Positions 53,860-63,906 of a stretch of DNA of 64,000 nt are shown here, in pieces; the first letter of the stretch is position 1, and each line of letters begins with the position of its first letter. The position numbers and the translations under genes were made by a program. The notes beneath the pieces were generated by a model, which saw only the letters and a program-made list of their open reading frames with translations, was not told the DNA's origin and searched no databases. Origin of the DNA: Gemmatimonadota bacterium (GTDB lineage Bacteria; Gemmatimonadota; Gemmatimonadetes; Gemmatimonadales; GWC2-71-9); NCBI GenBank assembly GCA_027294455.1, contig JAPULZ010000056.1:27854-91853 (forward strand), in the 5' to 3' direction.

Positions 53860-54138
53860 TCATCGGGGGCGATCCGCCATGTCGATCCGGTCGACCTTGC
53901 CCACGATGCCCGCGTCGACGGCCGCGAACGTGTCCCACAGGGTGAGGGACGCTTCCCGGGCGGTGATGTAGTAGCACAACTCCCCCGGACCGAGTCCGAT
54001 GGGATCCACCGCGACGATCGGGCCACCACGGTCGTGACGCAACGCGTCCACCGGCTGGATCCATTGCAGCGACTGCCCCCGGAGCGTGTCCTGTTTGACC
54101 GTCGCCACCACCCGGCCCACGACCCGAGCGAGAAACAC
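53860..54138 (-). CDS. EutN/CcmL-family microcompartment vertex protein (BMC-P), divergent paralog
   Basis: MFLARVVGRVVATVKQDTLRGQSL.WIQPVD…IVAVDPIGLGPGE…AVDAGIVGKVDRI has the same fold signature. The GSSAR block is replaced. Confidence 0.8.
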   Translation of the reverse strand: MFLARVVGRVVATVKQDTLRGQSLQWIQPVDALRHDRGGPIVAVDPIGLGPGELCYYITAREASLTLWDTFAAVDAGIVGKVDRIDMADRPR

Positions 54139-54139
54139 G

Positions 54140-54895
54140 TCAAGACCTCCACGGTTGATGGGTCGTGAAAACCTGGGGTTGCCGTCGCGCCGCGGCCAGC
54201 AGGTCAGGCTTGGTGAACAGCCTGATCAAGACGACCCCGGCGACGAATCCGCCCACGTGGGCCATGAAGGCCACCCCCCCTGAGGACTGCAAGGCGGCTC
54301 CCGCCAATTGCAGCACCGCCCAATAGAGCAGCATGAAGTACGCGGGCAGCGAGAGCGTGGTGATGAAGAACCCCAGAACCACCAACGTGTGCACCCGCAC
54401 CCTGGGATAGAGAACCAAGTAGGCGCCCATGATGCCGCTGATGGCGCCTGACGCCCCGACCATCGGCACGGGCGAGGACGGCTCCGCGAATACGTGGGCC
54501 AGCGCCGCGAGGACACCGCATGCCAGGTAGAACACGACGAATCGCCCGTGGCCCATGGCGTCCTCGATGTTGTTGCCGAACACCCAGAAGAACCACATGT
54601 TGCCCAGGAGATGGAACCAGCCGCCGTGGAGGAACACCGAGGACACCAGCGTATGCCAGGCGCCCCCGATGGCGCCGGCGCAGATCTGCACCGGCCCCCG
54701 CGGCGTGAGGACCGGCTCGCTGGGATTGCCAAATAGGCGGGCCGGGATCGCTCCCAGATCGCAGATCGACTGGCCGAGCCGCGGCTCGGCTCCGCCGCTC
54801 TGGAATACCAGCCAGACGAGGGAGGTGAGGACGATGATAGCCACCGTCACGAACGGCGTGAGGACGGTCGGATTGTCGTCTTTGTAGGGGAACAC
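54140..54895 (-). CDS. Rhomboid-family intramembrane serine protease
   Basis: Six TM helices. HGGWFHLLGNM, the catalytic GASGAISG and AHVGG motifs. Confidence 0.85.
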   Translation of the reverse strand: MFPYKDDNPTVLTPFVTVAIIVLTSLVWLVFQSGGAEPRLGQSICDLGAIPARLFGNPSEPVLTPRGPVQICAGAIGGAWHTLVSSVFLHGGWFHLLGNMWFFWVFGNNIEDAMGHGRFVVFYLACGVLAALAHVFAEPSSPVPMVGASGAISGIMGAYLVLYPRVRVHTLVVLGFFITTLSLPAYFMLLYWAVLQLAGAALQSSGGVAFMAHVGGFVAGVVLIRLFTKPDLLAAARRQPQVFTTHQPWRS

Positions 54896-55069
54896 CCGGG
54901 GAACCTACGCGGGCTGTAAATGCGAGTCAATCATGCCGTTGACGGCCCTCACCCCGTGAAAAACGGCAAGAACTCTGTCACTTTGGCAGTATTTTTCGGT
55001 ATGGCGCTTGCAATTGCGACTCCTGAGGTATTCTGCGCATCCAACCCTATTCGTGAAGGAGCCGGGCTG

Positions 55070-56974
55070 ATGTCACAAAAAGTGATCGGAATCGATCTCG
55101 GGACCACCAATTCTGTAGTCGCCGTCATGGAGGGTGGCGATCCGGTCGTGATCCCCAATTCCGAGGGAGGGCGCACCACGCCCTCGGTGGTGGCTTTTAC
55201 GAAGGACGGCGAACGTCTGGTGGGCCAGGTCGCCAAGCGGCAGGCCGTGACCAACCCGACCAACACCGTCTTTTCGATCAAGCGGTTCATGGGCCGCCGG
55301 ATGAACGAGGTCAAGGAAGAGGCGGCCCGGGTGCCGTACTCCGTGGCGTCGGGACCGCACGACCTGGCTGTCGTGGACATCCAAGGCAAGAAATACACCC
55401 CGCCCGAAATCTCGGCCATGGTGCTGCAAAAAATGCGGCAGACGGCCGAGGACTACCTCGGGCACTCCGTGGACAAAGCGGTCGTGACGGTTCCGGCATA
55501 CTTCAACGATTCGCAACGCCAGGCCACCAAGGACGCAGGCAAGATTGCCGGGCTCGACGTGCTCCGTATCATCAACGAGCCCACCGCCGCGGCGCTGGCC
55601 TACGGCATGGAAAAGAAGAAGGACGAGAAGATTGCCGTCTTCGACCTCGGCGGCGGCACGTACGATATCTCGGTCCTCGAGCTGGCCGAAGGCGTGTTCG
55701 AGGTCAAGAGCACCAACGGCGATACGCACCTCGGTGGCGACGATTTTGACCATAGGATCATCGACTGGTTGGTGGACGAATTCAAAAAGGACCAAGGGAT
55801 CGATCTCTCGAAGGATCCGATGGCCCTGCAGCGGCTCAAAGAGGCCGCCGAGAAGGCGAAAATGGAGCTGTCCACGACCCAGCAGACTGAAATCAATCTG
55901 CCGTTCGTCACCGCGGACCAGTCCGGACCGAAGCACCTCAGCATGACGTTGACGCGCGCGAAGTTCGAGCAGTTGGTCGACGACCTGATCCAGCGCACGA
56001 TTCCGCCCATGAAGCAAGCGCTGAAGGACGCGAACCTAGACCCATCGGCCCTCGACGAGGTCATCCTGGTCGGAGGATCCACACGCATTCCCAAGATCCA
56101 GGAGATCGTCAAGGAATTCTTCGGCCAGGAGCCGAACAAGGGCGTGAACCCCGACGAGGTCGTGGGCATCGGCGCGGCGATCCAGGGCGGCGTGTTGGCC
56201 GGGGACGTGAAGGACGTGTTGTTGCTCGACGTGACGCCCCTGTCGCTCGGGATCGAGACGCTCGGCGGAGTCACCACCGTACTGATATCGCGCAACACCA
56301 CCATCCCCACCAAGAAGGATGAGATCTTCTCCACGGCGGAGACCAATCAAACCACAGTGGAGATTCATGTGCTCCAGGGCGAACGGGAGATGGCCGTGGA
56401 CAATCGAACGATTGGGCGATTCCAGCTCACAGGCATCCCGCCGGCTCCTCGGGGAATTCCGCAAGTTGAAGTCATCTTCGACATCGACGCCAACGGGATC
56501 CTGCACGTCTCGGCCAAAGACAAAGCGACCGGCAAGGAGCAAAAGATCCGCATCGAAGCGTCGAGCGGGCTGTCGGACGACGAGATTGAGAACATGGTGA
56601 AGAACGCCGAATCCCACGCGGAGGAAGACAAGAAACGCCGCGAATCGATCGAGCAGCGCAACCGCCTCGATGCCATGGTGTATGAAGTCGAGAAGAACAG
56701 CCAGGAATGGGCGGATCGGCTCGATGATGCCACCAAGGAGCGTTTGAGCAGCTCCGTCGAGGCGGCCAAGCAGGCGCTTCGATCGGGCGAAGAGGCCGGC
56801 ATCGAGAAAGCCCTCGGGGATCTCTCCCAGGCCTACTCCGCGGCCGGTGCGTCACTCCATCAGGCCGAAGCCGGCACGCCGGAAGGCGAGGAAGCCGCGG
56901 CGGAAGGCGAGGGGGAGGCGAAAGAAGAAGACGTGGTCGAGGCCGACTACGAGATCGTCGACGACTCGAAATAG
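55070..56974 (+). CDS. dnaK: Molecular chaperone DnaK (Hsp70)
   Basis: [18 protein letters not shown]-like DLGGGTYD and [12 protein letters not shown] start at ATG 55070, with GAAGGAG 8 nt upstream. Confidence 0.97.
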   Translation: MSQKVIGIDLGTTNSVVAVMEGGDPVVIPNSEGGRTTPSVVAFTKDGERLVGQVAKRQAVTNPTNTVFSIKRFMGRRMNEVKEEAARVPYSVASGPHDLAVVDIQGKKYTPPEISAMVLQKMRQTAEDYLGHSVDKAVVTVPAYFNDSQRQATKDAGKIAGLDVLRIINEPTAAALAYGMEKKKDEKIAVFDLGGGTYDISVLELAEGVFEVKSTNGDTHLGGDDFDHRIIDWLVDEFKKDQGIDLSKDPMALQRLKEAAEKAKMELSTTQQTEINLPFVTADQSGPKHLSMTLTRAKFEQLVDDLIQRTIPPMKQALKDANLDPSALDEVILVGGSTRIPKIQEIVKEFFGQEPNKGVNPDEVVGIGAAIQGGVLAGDVKDVLLLDVTPLSLGIETLGGVTTVLISRNTTIPTKKDEIFSTAETNQTTVEIHVLQGEREMAVDNRTIGRFQLTGIPPAPRGIPQVEVIFDIDANGILHVSAKDKATGKEQKIRIEASSGLSDDEIENMVKNAESHAEEDKKRRESIEQRNRLDAMVYEVEKNSQEWADRLDDATKERLSSSVEAAKQALRSGEEAGIEKALGDLSQAYSAAGASLHQAEAGTPEGEEAAAEGEGEAKEEDVVEADYEIVDDSK

Positions 56975-57124
56975 TCACCACGGCTCGGCTCACTCCGGGG
57001 GGGCGGAACTCTGCCCCTCCGTCGAGGGCTTTTACGTCAAAAGGTGTTTTGCAACGCAGAAACTCTTAACTTGAGCACTTCTCTCAAGGCACGGGCAGGC
57101 CATGACACGAGGTACGAGCAGGCC

Positions 57125-58660
57125 ATGACACGCACACGAGATTGGATGAAGTTCGCATTGCTGGTCGCCGTCACGATCGTCCTCGCTGGCGCATTCGCGG
57201 TTTCGATCAATGCACCCCGGGTGGGCGAGGCCCAACAAAGACAGCCGGTGCTGCTGAACACGCAACCCGTCGTCAACCCACCGGCGGCCCAGGCGGCCGC
57301 CGATCTCGGCGAGTCGTTCGTCGCCGTCGTGGAGGCGGTGAGACCGGCCGTCGTGTTCATCCGCGCCGAATCCAACGGACGAGGCGAGAGCCGCGGGGGC
57401 CCCTCCTGGGACGATTTCTTTCCCAACCGACCTCCACCGCAACGTCCACAAACGGGGACCGGAAGCGGATTCATCATTTCCCAGGACGGCTATATCATCA
57501 CCAACAACCACGTCGTGCGCGCTGCCGACCGGCTCACCGTCACACTCCTCGACCGGCGGCAATTCGTAGCCGAACTCGTCGGCCGGGACCCGAATACCGA
57601 CATCGCGATCATCAAGATCGACGCAACCAACCTTACCGCCGCCTCGCTCGGCAACTCCGACGAAGTCCGCATTGGCGAATGGGCGTTGGCCATCGGCAAT
57701 CCGCTCGGCGAGAGGTTCTCCTTTACCGTCACCGCCGGGATCGTGAGCGCCAAGGGCCGGGTGCTCCAGGGGCTACAGCAGGAGCGGTACCGCATCCACG
57801 ATTTCATCCAAACCGATGCCGCGATCAACCCCGGCAACTCCGGCGGTCCCCTGGTGAACGTTCGTGGGCAGGTGATCGGCGTCAACTCGGCCATTGCCTC
57901 GGAGACGGGACGCTCCATCGGGTACGGCTTCGCCGTACCGATCAACCTGGCGAGGAGGGTTGGCGAGCAGTTGATCGCCACGGGCAAGGTCACGCGCGCC
58001 ATCCTCGGCGTGGGGATCACGGACGTGTCGGCCGAAGACGCCGAATACGTCGGCCTCGATTCAATCCATGGTGTGCTGGTGTCCGAGTTCTCCGTGCCCG
58101 ACGGGCCGGCCGAACGCGCCGGGTTGCAGCCGGGGGACGTCATCATCGCCCTCGACGGCGAACACGTCAGCTACGTGGGGCAGCTGCAGCAAGACATCGG
58201 ATTCCGCAGCCCCGGCGAACAGGTGCGGGTGACGGTGGCGCGACGCGGCGGCGTGCGGGAAACGCTCACGGTAACCCTCGATGAAGCGGCAGCGGCGGTC
58301 GAACAGGTTGCCCGGGTCGATGAGCCGGAACCGACATCCGACGGCAAGCGGTTCGGTGACCGGCTCGGCATCGTGGTCCGCGAGATCACGCGGCGCGATC
58401 TGGCCAGCCAGGGCTACCCCACGCAGAATACGGGCCTCCGCGTCCAGCAGATCGATCCCGAAGGCCCCGCCGACGGGTATTTGCGGCGAGGCGAGATCAT
58501 CACGCACGTCGAGGGCACGCGAGTCGAGACCGAAGAAGACCTCGCTGCCGCCCTCCAGGCCGTGCAACCGGGACAAGTCATTTCCGTCCGGACCGTGGTG
58601 CTCCTGCCGAATGCCCCCTCCAGGGGTCGTACGGTTCGCTTCCGCGTCTCGCGGGACTAG
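57125..58660 (+). CDS. HtrA/DegP-family periplasmic serine protease with two PDZ domains
   Basis: Catalytic triad context: ITNNHV, DIAIIKI and GNSGGPLVN. Two PDZ-like regions follow (GLQPGDVIIALDG; LRRGEIITHVEG). The start is ATG 57125 or 57146. Confidence 0.9.
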   Translation: MTRTRDWMKFALLVAVTIVLAGAFAVSINAPRVGEAQQRQPVLLNTQPVVNPPAAQAAADLGESFVAVVEAVRPAVVFIRAESNGRGESRGGPSWDDFFPNRPPPQRPQTGTGSGFIISQDGYIITNNHVVRAADRLTVTLLDRRQFVAELVGRDPNTDIAIIKIDATNLTAASLGNSDEVRIGEWALAIGNPLGERFSFTVTAGIVSAKGRVLQGLQQERYRIHDFIQTDAAINPGNSGGPLVNVRGQVIGVNSAIASETGRSIGYGFAVPINLARRVGEQLIATGKVTRAILGVGITDVSAEDAEYVGLDSIHGVLVSEFSVPDGPAERAGLQPGDVIIALDGEHVSYVGQLQQDIGFRSPGEQVRVTVARRGGVRETLTVTLDEAAAAVEQVARVDEPEPTSDGKRFGDRLGIVVREITRRDLASQGYPTQNTGLRVQQIDPEGPADGYLRRGEIITHVEGTRVETEEDLAAALQAVQPGQVISVRTVVLLPNAPSRGRTVRFRVSRD

Positions 58661-58682
58661 GCCGTCGGGGACATCCAGGGAC

Positions 58683-58713
58683 AAAAAAACCCCCGCCAGG
58701 CGGGGGTTTTTTT
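58683..58713. terminator. Bidirectional rho-independent terminator between htrA and the cox operon
   Basis: aaaaaaa-cccccgc-cag-gcggggg-ttttttt is a perfect GC stem flanked by an A7 run and a T7 run. Confidence 0.8.
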
Positions 58714-58737
58714 GTGCACGATGGCGCAGGAATCGGC

Positions 58738-59052
58738 CTATCCCAGCCACCACGCTCCCAGCAATGTCATCAAGGCCAACACCACTACCGTCGCCAGCGC
58801 GAGCGGTGCGGTGAAGATGAGCGTGTACAACTTGCTGTCCGGCTTCAGGTGCATGTAGAACATGACCACGAGGGCGAATTTGCTCGCCGACAGCAAGATC
58901 AAGATCGGGGCCAAGGCGGCGGTCTCGGCGACGGCCGGAATATAAAAGAGGGCTACCTCGATCACCGTGATCCCGGTGAGAATTGCGGCGATGGCCAGGT
59001 AGACCTTGGTACCCGGATGGGCGCGCGGTCTCGCTTCGCTCTCGGTGCTCAT
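58738..59052 (-). CDS. ctaF: Cytochrome c oxidase subunit IV (prokaryotic COX4 family)
   Basis: 104 aa with three TM helices and the block VALFYI…SKFALVVMFYMHL. The ATG overlaps the ctaE stop (ATGA). Confidence 0.7.
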   Translation of the reverse strand: MSTESEARPRAHPGTKVYLAIAAILTGITVIEVALFYIPAVAETAALAPILILLSASKFALVVMFYMHLKPDSKLYTLIFTAPLALATVVVLALMTLLGAWWLG

Positions 59053-59648
59053 GCGGGCGGCCCCCTCTGTATGAGGTAGACGACCGTGAAGATCACGATC
59101 CACACTACGTCGACGAAATGCCAGTACAATCCAGCGAGCTCGACCGTCATGGCTTTGTCCGGCCCGAGCTTGCCCCGCATGGACTGAATCAGCAGCGTCG
59201 ACAGCCAGATCACGCCAATCAACACGTGCAAGCCGTGGCACCCCGTCAAAACATAGAAGGTCGATCCGAACAAGTTCGTTGAGATCGTCAACCCCTCGTG
59301 CACGAACTCGGTGAATTCGATTGCCTGAAAGGTGAGAAACACCGTTCCGAGACCCGCCGTGGTCGCGAGCCAGAGCTTGGCACCGCCCCCGTCACCGCGC
59401 GCCACAGCCGCGAGCGCGAGCACCATCGCCAGACTCGACATGAGCAGCACGAAGGTGCTGACCGATGTGAGAGGGATGTTGAGGATTTCCTGCGGCGTCG
59501 GTCCGACGACGCTCTTTCCCTCGTACGAGAGGTACGTGGCTATCAGGGATCCGAACAGCATACACTCGGACCCGATGAAGGTCCAAAACGCAATCTTGCG
59601 CGTATCTTGGCCGGTACTCGTGTAATGCGCAGCCGCTGCTGTGGTCAT
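59049..59648 (-). CDS. ctaE: Cytochrome c oxidase subunit III
   Basis: FWTFIGSECMLFGSL, FEF-like IEFTEFV and YWHFVDVVWI motifs. ATG 59648 overlaps the ctaD stop. Confidence 0.9.
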   Translation of the reverse strand: MTTAAAAHYTSTGQDTRKIAFWTFIGSECMLFGSLIATYLSYEGKSVVGPTPQEILNIPLTSVSTFVLLMSSLAMVLALAAVARGDGGGAKLWLATTAGLGTVFLTFQAIEFTEFVHEGLTISTNLFGSTFYVLTGCHGLHVLIGVIWLSTLLIQSMRGKLGPDKAMTVELAGLYWHFVDVVWIVIFTVVYLIQRGPPA

Positions 59649-61456
59649 ATCACGTCGAAGGGTTCGAAGGCCCACTTGAAGACACTGATCGCGAGTACTG
59701 CGACGCCGAGGATCGTTATGACCAAGGATCGGACGAGGACACCCGTGAAGAACGTGACCAGACCCACGGCCGCGACAGCCGGCCAGTACGATCCATCAGG
59801 TACGTGCACCGGCACCGGCGGGTCGTCGGGTATCTCGCTTACCCCGTCCTCGTTCCACAGCGGCAACCGACTCCGCACCTCCGGCACAACCGAGAAATTA
59901 TAGATCGGCGGCGGCGAAGAGATGGCCCACTCCAGCGTCGCCGCACCCCAGGGGTTCTTTTGCGCCCGTTCGCCGTGCTTCGCCGTGTGCCAGATGTTGT
60001 ACACCAAGAACAGCGTGGACATGCCGAGAGTGAACGCGCCGATGGTGGCCACCAGGTTCATCTGCTCCAGGCCCAACTCGGGACCGTACGTGTACACACG
60101 GCGCGGCATGCCCAGCATGCCTATGAAGTGCATCGGGAAAAACGTCACGTTCATGCCGATGAACGCGAGCCAGAAGTGCCACTTGCCGAGGGCCTCATTC
60201 AACAGCCGTCCGAAAACCTTGGGCCACCAATAGTAGATCGCGGAGAAAATTCCCATCATCCCGCCGCCGAACAGGACGTAGTGGAAATGGGCGACGATGA
60301 AATACGTATCGGTTTGCTGGAGATCGGTCGGTGGCGAGGCATGCATCACACCGGAGATCCCACCGATCGTGAACAGCATGATGAACGAGATGGCAAACAG
60401 CATGGGGGTCGCGAAGCGAATCTGGCCGCCCCACATCGTGGCGATCCAGTTGAAGATCTTCACCCCGGTGGGAATGGCGATCAACATCGATGCGGCGCCG
60501 AAGTACGAATCGGCAATCGCTCCCATGCCGGTGGCAAACATGTGGTGGCTCCAGACCCCCCAACCAATGGCTCCTATGAGCACACCGGAGTACACCACCA
60601 CCGGATAACCGAACAACGGCTTGCGCGAGAATGTCGGAAGCACCTCCGAGACCATGCCCATGGTAGGCAGGATGAGAATGTACACCTCGGGATGACCGAA
60701 CAGCCAAAACAGGTGCTGCCACAACAGGAGATCCCCACCCGCGGCGGGAGAGTAGAACGTGGTTCCGAATATGCGATCGAACATCATGAAGACCAGCGCC
60801 ACCGTGATGACTGGAAAGGCAGTCACGATGATCACCTGGGTTATCAGGGCCATCCAGGTGAATACCGGCATGCGCATGAGCTTCATGCCGGGCGCGCGCA
60901 TGTTGATGATGGTCGCTATGAAATTGAACGCCGCCGCCAGGGACGCGATGCCGAGAATTTGCAGGCCGATGGCCCAGAAATCCGCATTCATGCCCGGCGA
61001 ATACTGGATCGAGGTGAGATTCTGGTATCCGAACCACCCAGTATCCGGCGCCGCCCCCACGAGAAAACTGGCGTTCAGAAACAGTCCGCCGAGGAGAAAC
61101 ACCCAGTAGCTGAACGCGTTCAGCCGCGGAAACGCCACGTCTCGGGCACCGATTTGCAGCGGAATGAGGTAGTTGAAGAACGCGGCCGACAGCGGCATCA
61201 TGGCCAGGAACACCATGGTGGTGCCGTGCATGGTGAACAGCTGATTGAACGCGTCGGCACCGATCAGCGTATTGTCGGCCCGAGCCAGCTGCGCCCGTAT
61301 CAACAACGCCTCGAGGCCGCCTACCAGCAGAAAGAAAAACGCCGTCGCCCCGTAGAGAATGCCGATCCGCTTGTGGTCGGTCGTGGTGATCCAGCTCCAC
61401 AGCCCGCTCCGGGCCGTCTGCTCGGCGCTCTCATGCGCCAACGCTGCGGTCGCCAT
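59645..61456 (-). CDS. ctaD: Cytochrome c oxidase subunit I
   Basis: TTDHKRIGILY, WFFGHPEVYILILP-like LFWLFGHPEVYILILP, HHMF and HFHYV motifs. I start at ATG 61456 (MATAALAHE…), overlapping the ctaC stop (TAATG). Confidence 0.95.
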   Translation of the reverse strand: MATAALAHESAEQTARSGLWSWITTTDHKRIGILYGATAFFFLLVGGLEALLIRAQLARADNTLIGADAFNQLFTMHGTTMVFLAMMPLSAAFFNYLIPLQIGARDVAFPRLNAFSYWVFLLGGLFLNASFLVGAAPDTGWFGYQNLTSIQYSPGMNADFWAIGLQILGIASLAAAFNFIATIINMRAPGMKLMRMPVFTWMALITQVIIVTAFPVITVALVFMMFDRIFGTTFYSPAAGGDLLLWQHLFWLFGHPEVYILILPTMGMVSEVLPTFSRKPLFGYPVVVYSGVLIGAIGWGVWSHHMFATGMGAIADSYFGAASMLIAIPTGVKIFNWIATMWGGQIRFATPMLFAISFIMLFTIGGISGVMHASPPTDLQQTDTYFIVAHFHYVLFGGGMMGIFSAIYYWWPKVFGRLLNEALGKWHFWLAFIGMNVTFFPMHFIGMLGMPRRVYTYGPELGLEQMNLVATIGAFTLGMSTLFLVYNIWHTAKHGERAQKNPWGAATLEWAISSPPPIYNFSVVPEVRSRLPLWNEDGVSEIPDDPPVPVHVPDGSYWPAVAAVGLVTFFTGVLVRSLVITILGVAVLAISVFKWAFEPFDVI

Positions 61457-62502
61457 TATTGCAAGCTCCGGAGATACGCCACCAGAGCGGCGATCTCCTC
61501 CTCCGAAAGGCCGATGGCCGGCATGAGGCTCCCCGGCTTCATGGCCGCGGGATCGCGCAGCCACCCGGCGAGATTCTCCGCCGTGTTGTCGAGGATGCCC
61601 CCCGCGAGCGTCGACCGGCTGCCGACGTGATTCAGGTCGGGTCCCAGCACGCCGAAGGATATCCCCCGAATCGCATGGCACGCGATACAGGAGTTGGATG
61701 CCGGGGTGCGCACGGCGCGAAACGCCTCGAGGCCCTGTTGCTCCAGCTCGCTGAGCGTGGCCTCCGGAGCCGGCGGGGTGGCTTGCCCTTCCACCCAACT
61801 TGCGAAATCCGCCGGCGCATGCACAAACGCCCTGAACCGCATATTGGCGTGGGACGTGCCGCAAAACTCGGCGCACTGCCCGAGAAACTCACCCACCGAA
61901 TCGGGCGTGAACACCAGGCGATTCGTCCGCCCGAGCATCATGTCTCGCTTGCCGCCCAGCCTCGGCAACCAAAAACTGTGAATGACGTCGGCCGATGTGA
62001 GCTGCAATTCGACCGGCCGCCCTTGCAGAAGGTGGAGGTCGTTCGCCGTGGTGATACCGTATTCCGGGTAGCGAAACTCCCACCACCACTGGTGCCCGAC
62101 CACCTGAATCTGGAGTGCGTCCGAGGTGTCAGCCCCCGCATCTTTCCACAAGACCTGAATGGTCGGCACGGCAATGAAGACGATGATCATGGCCGGCGCC
62201 AGGGTCCACGCGATCTCTAGCGCCGTATGTCCGTGCACGGGAGTCGGATCCGGGACATCCGGACGGGCCCGGAAACGGTACAGCACATACAACACGACCA
62301 CCTCGACACCCACGAAGACGACGACGCCCCACCAGAAGATCAACATGAACAACCCGTTGAGATCGTCAGCAAATTCGCTGGTGGGCGAGAACGTCGACTG
62401 GGGGAACGGGCCTTGGCATCCCGTGAGTGCGACCAGGACGGTTACAAGTACGACGACGCCGAGCGGCTTCGTGCTACCGACACCATGCCGATCGAACTTC
62501 AT
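61456..62502 (-). CDS. ctaC: Cytochrome c oxidase subunit II with fused C-terminal cytochrome c domain (caa3-type)
   Basis: The CuA site is CAEFCGTSHANM, with DVIHSFW. The C-terminal heme c motif is CIACHAI. Lipoprotein-like N-terminus. Confidence 0.9.
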   Translation of the reverse strand: MKFDRHGVGSTKPLGVVVLVTVLVALTGCQGPFPQSTFSPTSEFADDLNGLFMLIFWWGVVVFVGVEVVVLYVLYRFRARPDVPDPTPVHGHTALEIAWTLAPAMIIVFIAVPTIQVLWKDAGADTSDALQIQVVGHQWWWEFRYPEYGITTANDLHLLQGRPVELQLTSADVIHSFWLPRLGGKRDMMLGRTNRLVFTPDSVGEFLGQCAEFCGTSHANMRFRAFVHAPADFASWVEGQATPPAPEATLSELEQQGLEAFRAVRTPASNSCIACHAIRGISFGVLGPDLNHVGSRSTLAGGILDNTAENLAGWLRDPAAMKPGSLMPAIGLSEEEIAALVAYLRSLQ

Positions 62503-62637
62503 TGGCGTGTGGTATTCCCATAAGATGAGGAAAGATGTGGCGGAACGCTACGGAAAATGGTAGCACGGGGGTGCCCGCCGGTCAACTTGGACCGGCGGAC
62601 GCGGCGATCAACGTGAGATCGTGTTCGAACGGGAGAG

Positions 62638-63906
62638 CTAGCTGCGGTCCAGGCCCTGCCTGAAGTCTTTCCCAGTGGGATGCTGAAAGACCTGCAGGCT
62701 GAATTCGGAGAGTATCGCGATGATATGATCGAGGATATCCGACTGGATGTCTTCGTAGGCCACCCAGGCCGGATCGTTCGTGAACGCGTAGATTTCGATC
62801 GGCAGCCCGTGGGGGCCGGGAGCCAACTGTCGCACCAGCAGCGTCCGGTCCTGGTGAATCTTGGGGTGATGGCGGAGGTACTGTACGACGTACGCCCGAA
62901 ACGTCCCGACGTTCGTGAGACGCCGCCGGTTCACCGCCCCCACGGCCTGGCCGATGGACAGGTTGTACGCCGCGAGCTCGTCTTCCTTGCGCTGGATGTA
63001 GTCGCGCAGGAGCACGAATCCCTTGAGTCGCTCGATCTCCGCGTCGGTCAGGAATCGAATGGTATTCTGGTCGATTGCGATGGAGCGCTTGATCCGTCGG
63101 GCCCCCGACTCGGACATGCCACGCCAATTTTTGAAGGAATCCTCGATGAACTTGGAGGTCGGAACGGTCGTGATCGTTTTGTCCCAGTTTTGGATCTTGA
63201 TGGTATGCAGCGCCATGTCGATCACATCGCCGTCGGCGTTGTACTTGGGCATCTCGACCCAATCGCCCACCCGCACCATGTCGTTATTGGTCAGCTGCAC
63301 GCTCGCCACCAGGGAGAGCAGCGTGTCTTTGAACACGAGGAGCAAGACCGCCGTCATCGCGCCGATACCGCTCAGGAAAATCAAGGGCGATCGATTCATG
63401 AGCGTGGCGAGAATGACGACACCACCCAACACGAACAGCACGATCTTGACGACCTGGAGGTAGCCCTTGATCGGGCGCGTCTTGGAGATCTCCCCGCGCT
63501 CGTAAATCGCGTTTCCCGCCGAGAGAAAGGCCCCCACCGCCAGCACCGCGATCACGACCATGAACGCCGACGACACACGCTCCGTGAGGGAGCGCAGGCT
63601 GTCCGACACCCCGGGGACCAGCGCAATACCGAAGTACACGATCGCGGCTGGTACCAGACGTACGAGTCGCTCGAACACCCGGTAGCGATGCAACACGTCG
63701 CCCCAATCCGACTGGCTGCGCTTGACCATCAGCGATACCAGGGCGAGGATGCGCCGCTTGGCAATCGTGTTCCCGACGTAGGCTGCGATTCCCAGCGCCG
63801 CCAATCCCAAGACCATGGCGGGAAGCGGGTTGGCGTTCAGCCAGTCCACCACGGGCTGCAGGATCGCAACATTCGCGGTGTCGGCAGGGGCTTGGATGGC
63901 AACCAT
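62638..63906 (-). CDS. Mechanosensitive ion channel (MscS family)
   Basis: TM helices are followed by the MscS beta-domain block VRVGDWVEM…DG.V.D…T.KIQNWDKTITTVPTSKF. Confidence 0.85.
   Translation of the reverse strand: MVAIQAPADTANVAILQPVVDWLNANPLPAMVLGLAALGIAAYVGNTIAKRRILALVSLMVKRSQSDWGDVLHRYRVFERLVRLVPAAIVYFGIALVPGVSDSLRSLTERVSSAFMVVIAVLAVGAFLSAGNAIYERGEISKTRPIKGYLQVVKIVLFVLGGVVILATLMNRSPLIFLSGIGAMTAVLLLVFKDTLLSLVASVQLTNNDMVRVGDWVEMPKYNADGDVIDMALHTIKIQNWDKTITTVPTSKFIEDSFKNWRGMSESGARRIKRSIAIDQNTIRFLTDAEIERLKGFVLLRDYIQRKEDELAAYNLSIGQAVGAVNRRRLTNVGTFRAYVVQYLRHHPKIHQDRTLLVRQLAPGPHGLPIEIYAFTNDPAWVAYEDIQSDILDHIIAILSEFSLQVFQHPTGKDFRQGLDRS

Noticed and set aside
54896-55069. I looked for a CIRCE operator or a sigma-32 / sigma-54 promoter upstream of dnaK.
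   Set aside because: There is no TTAGCACTC-N9-GAGTGCTAA inverted repeat. The TTGAC…CCCC spacing is too short for sigma-32. The TGGC…TTGC candidate has GG/GC spacing off by one.
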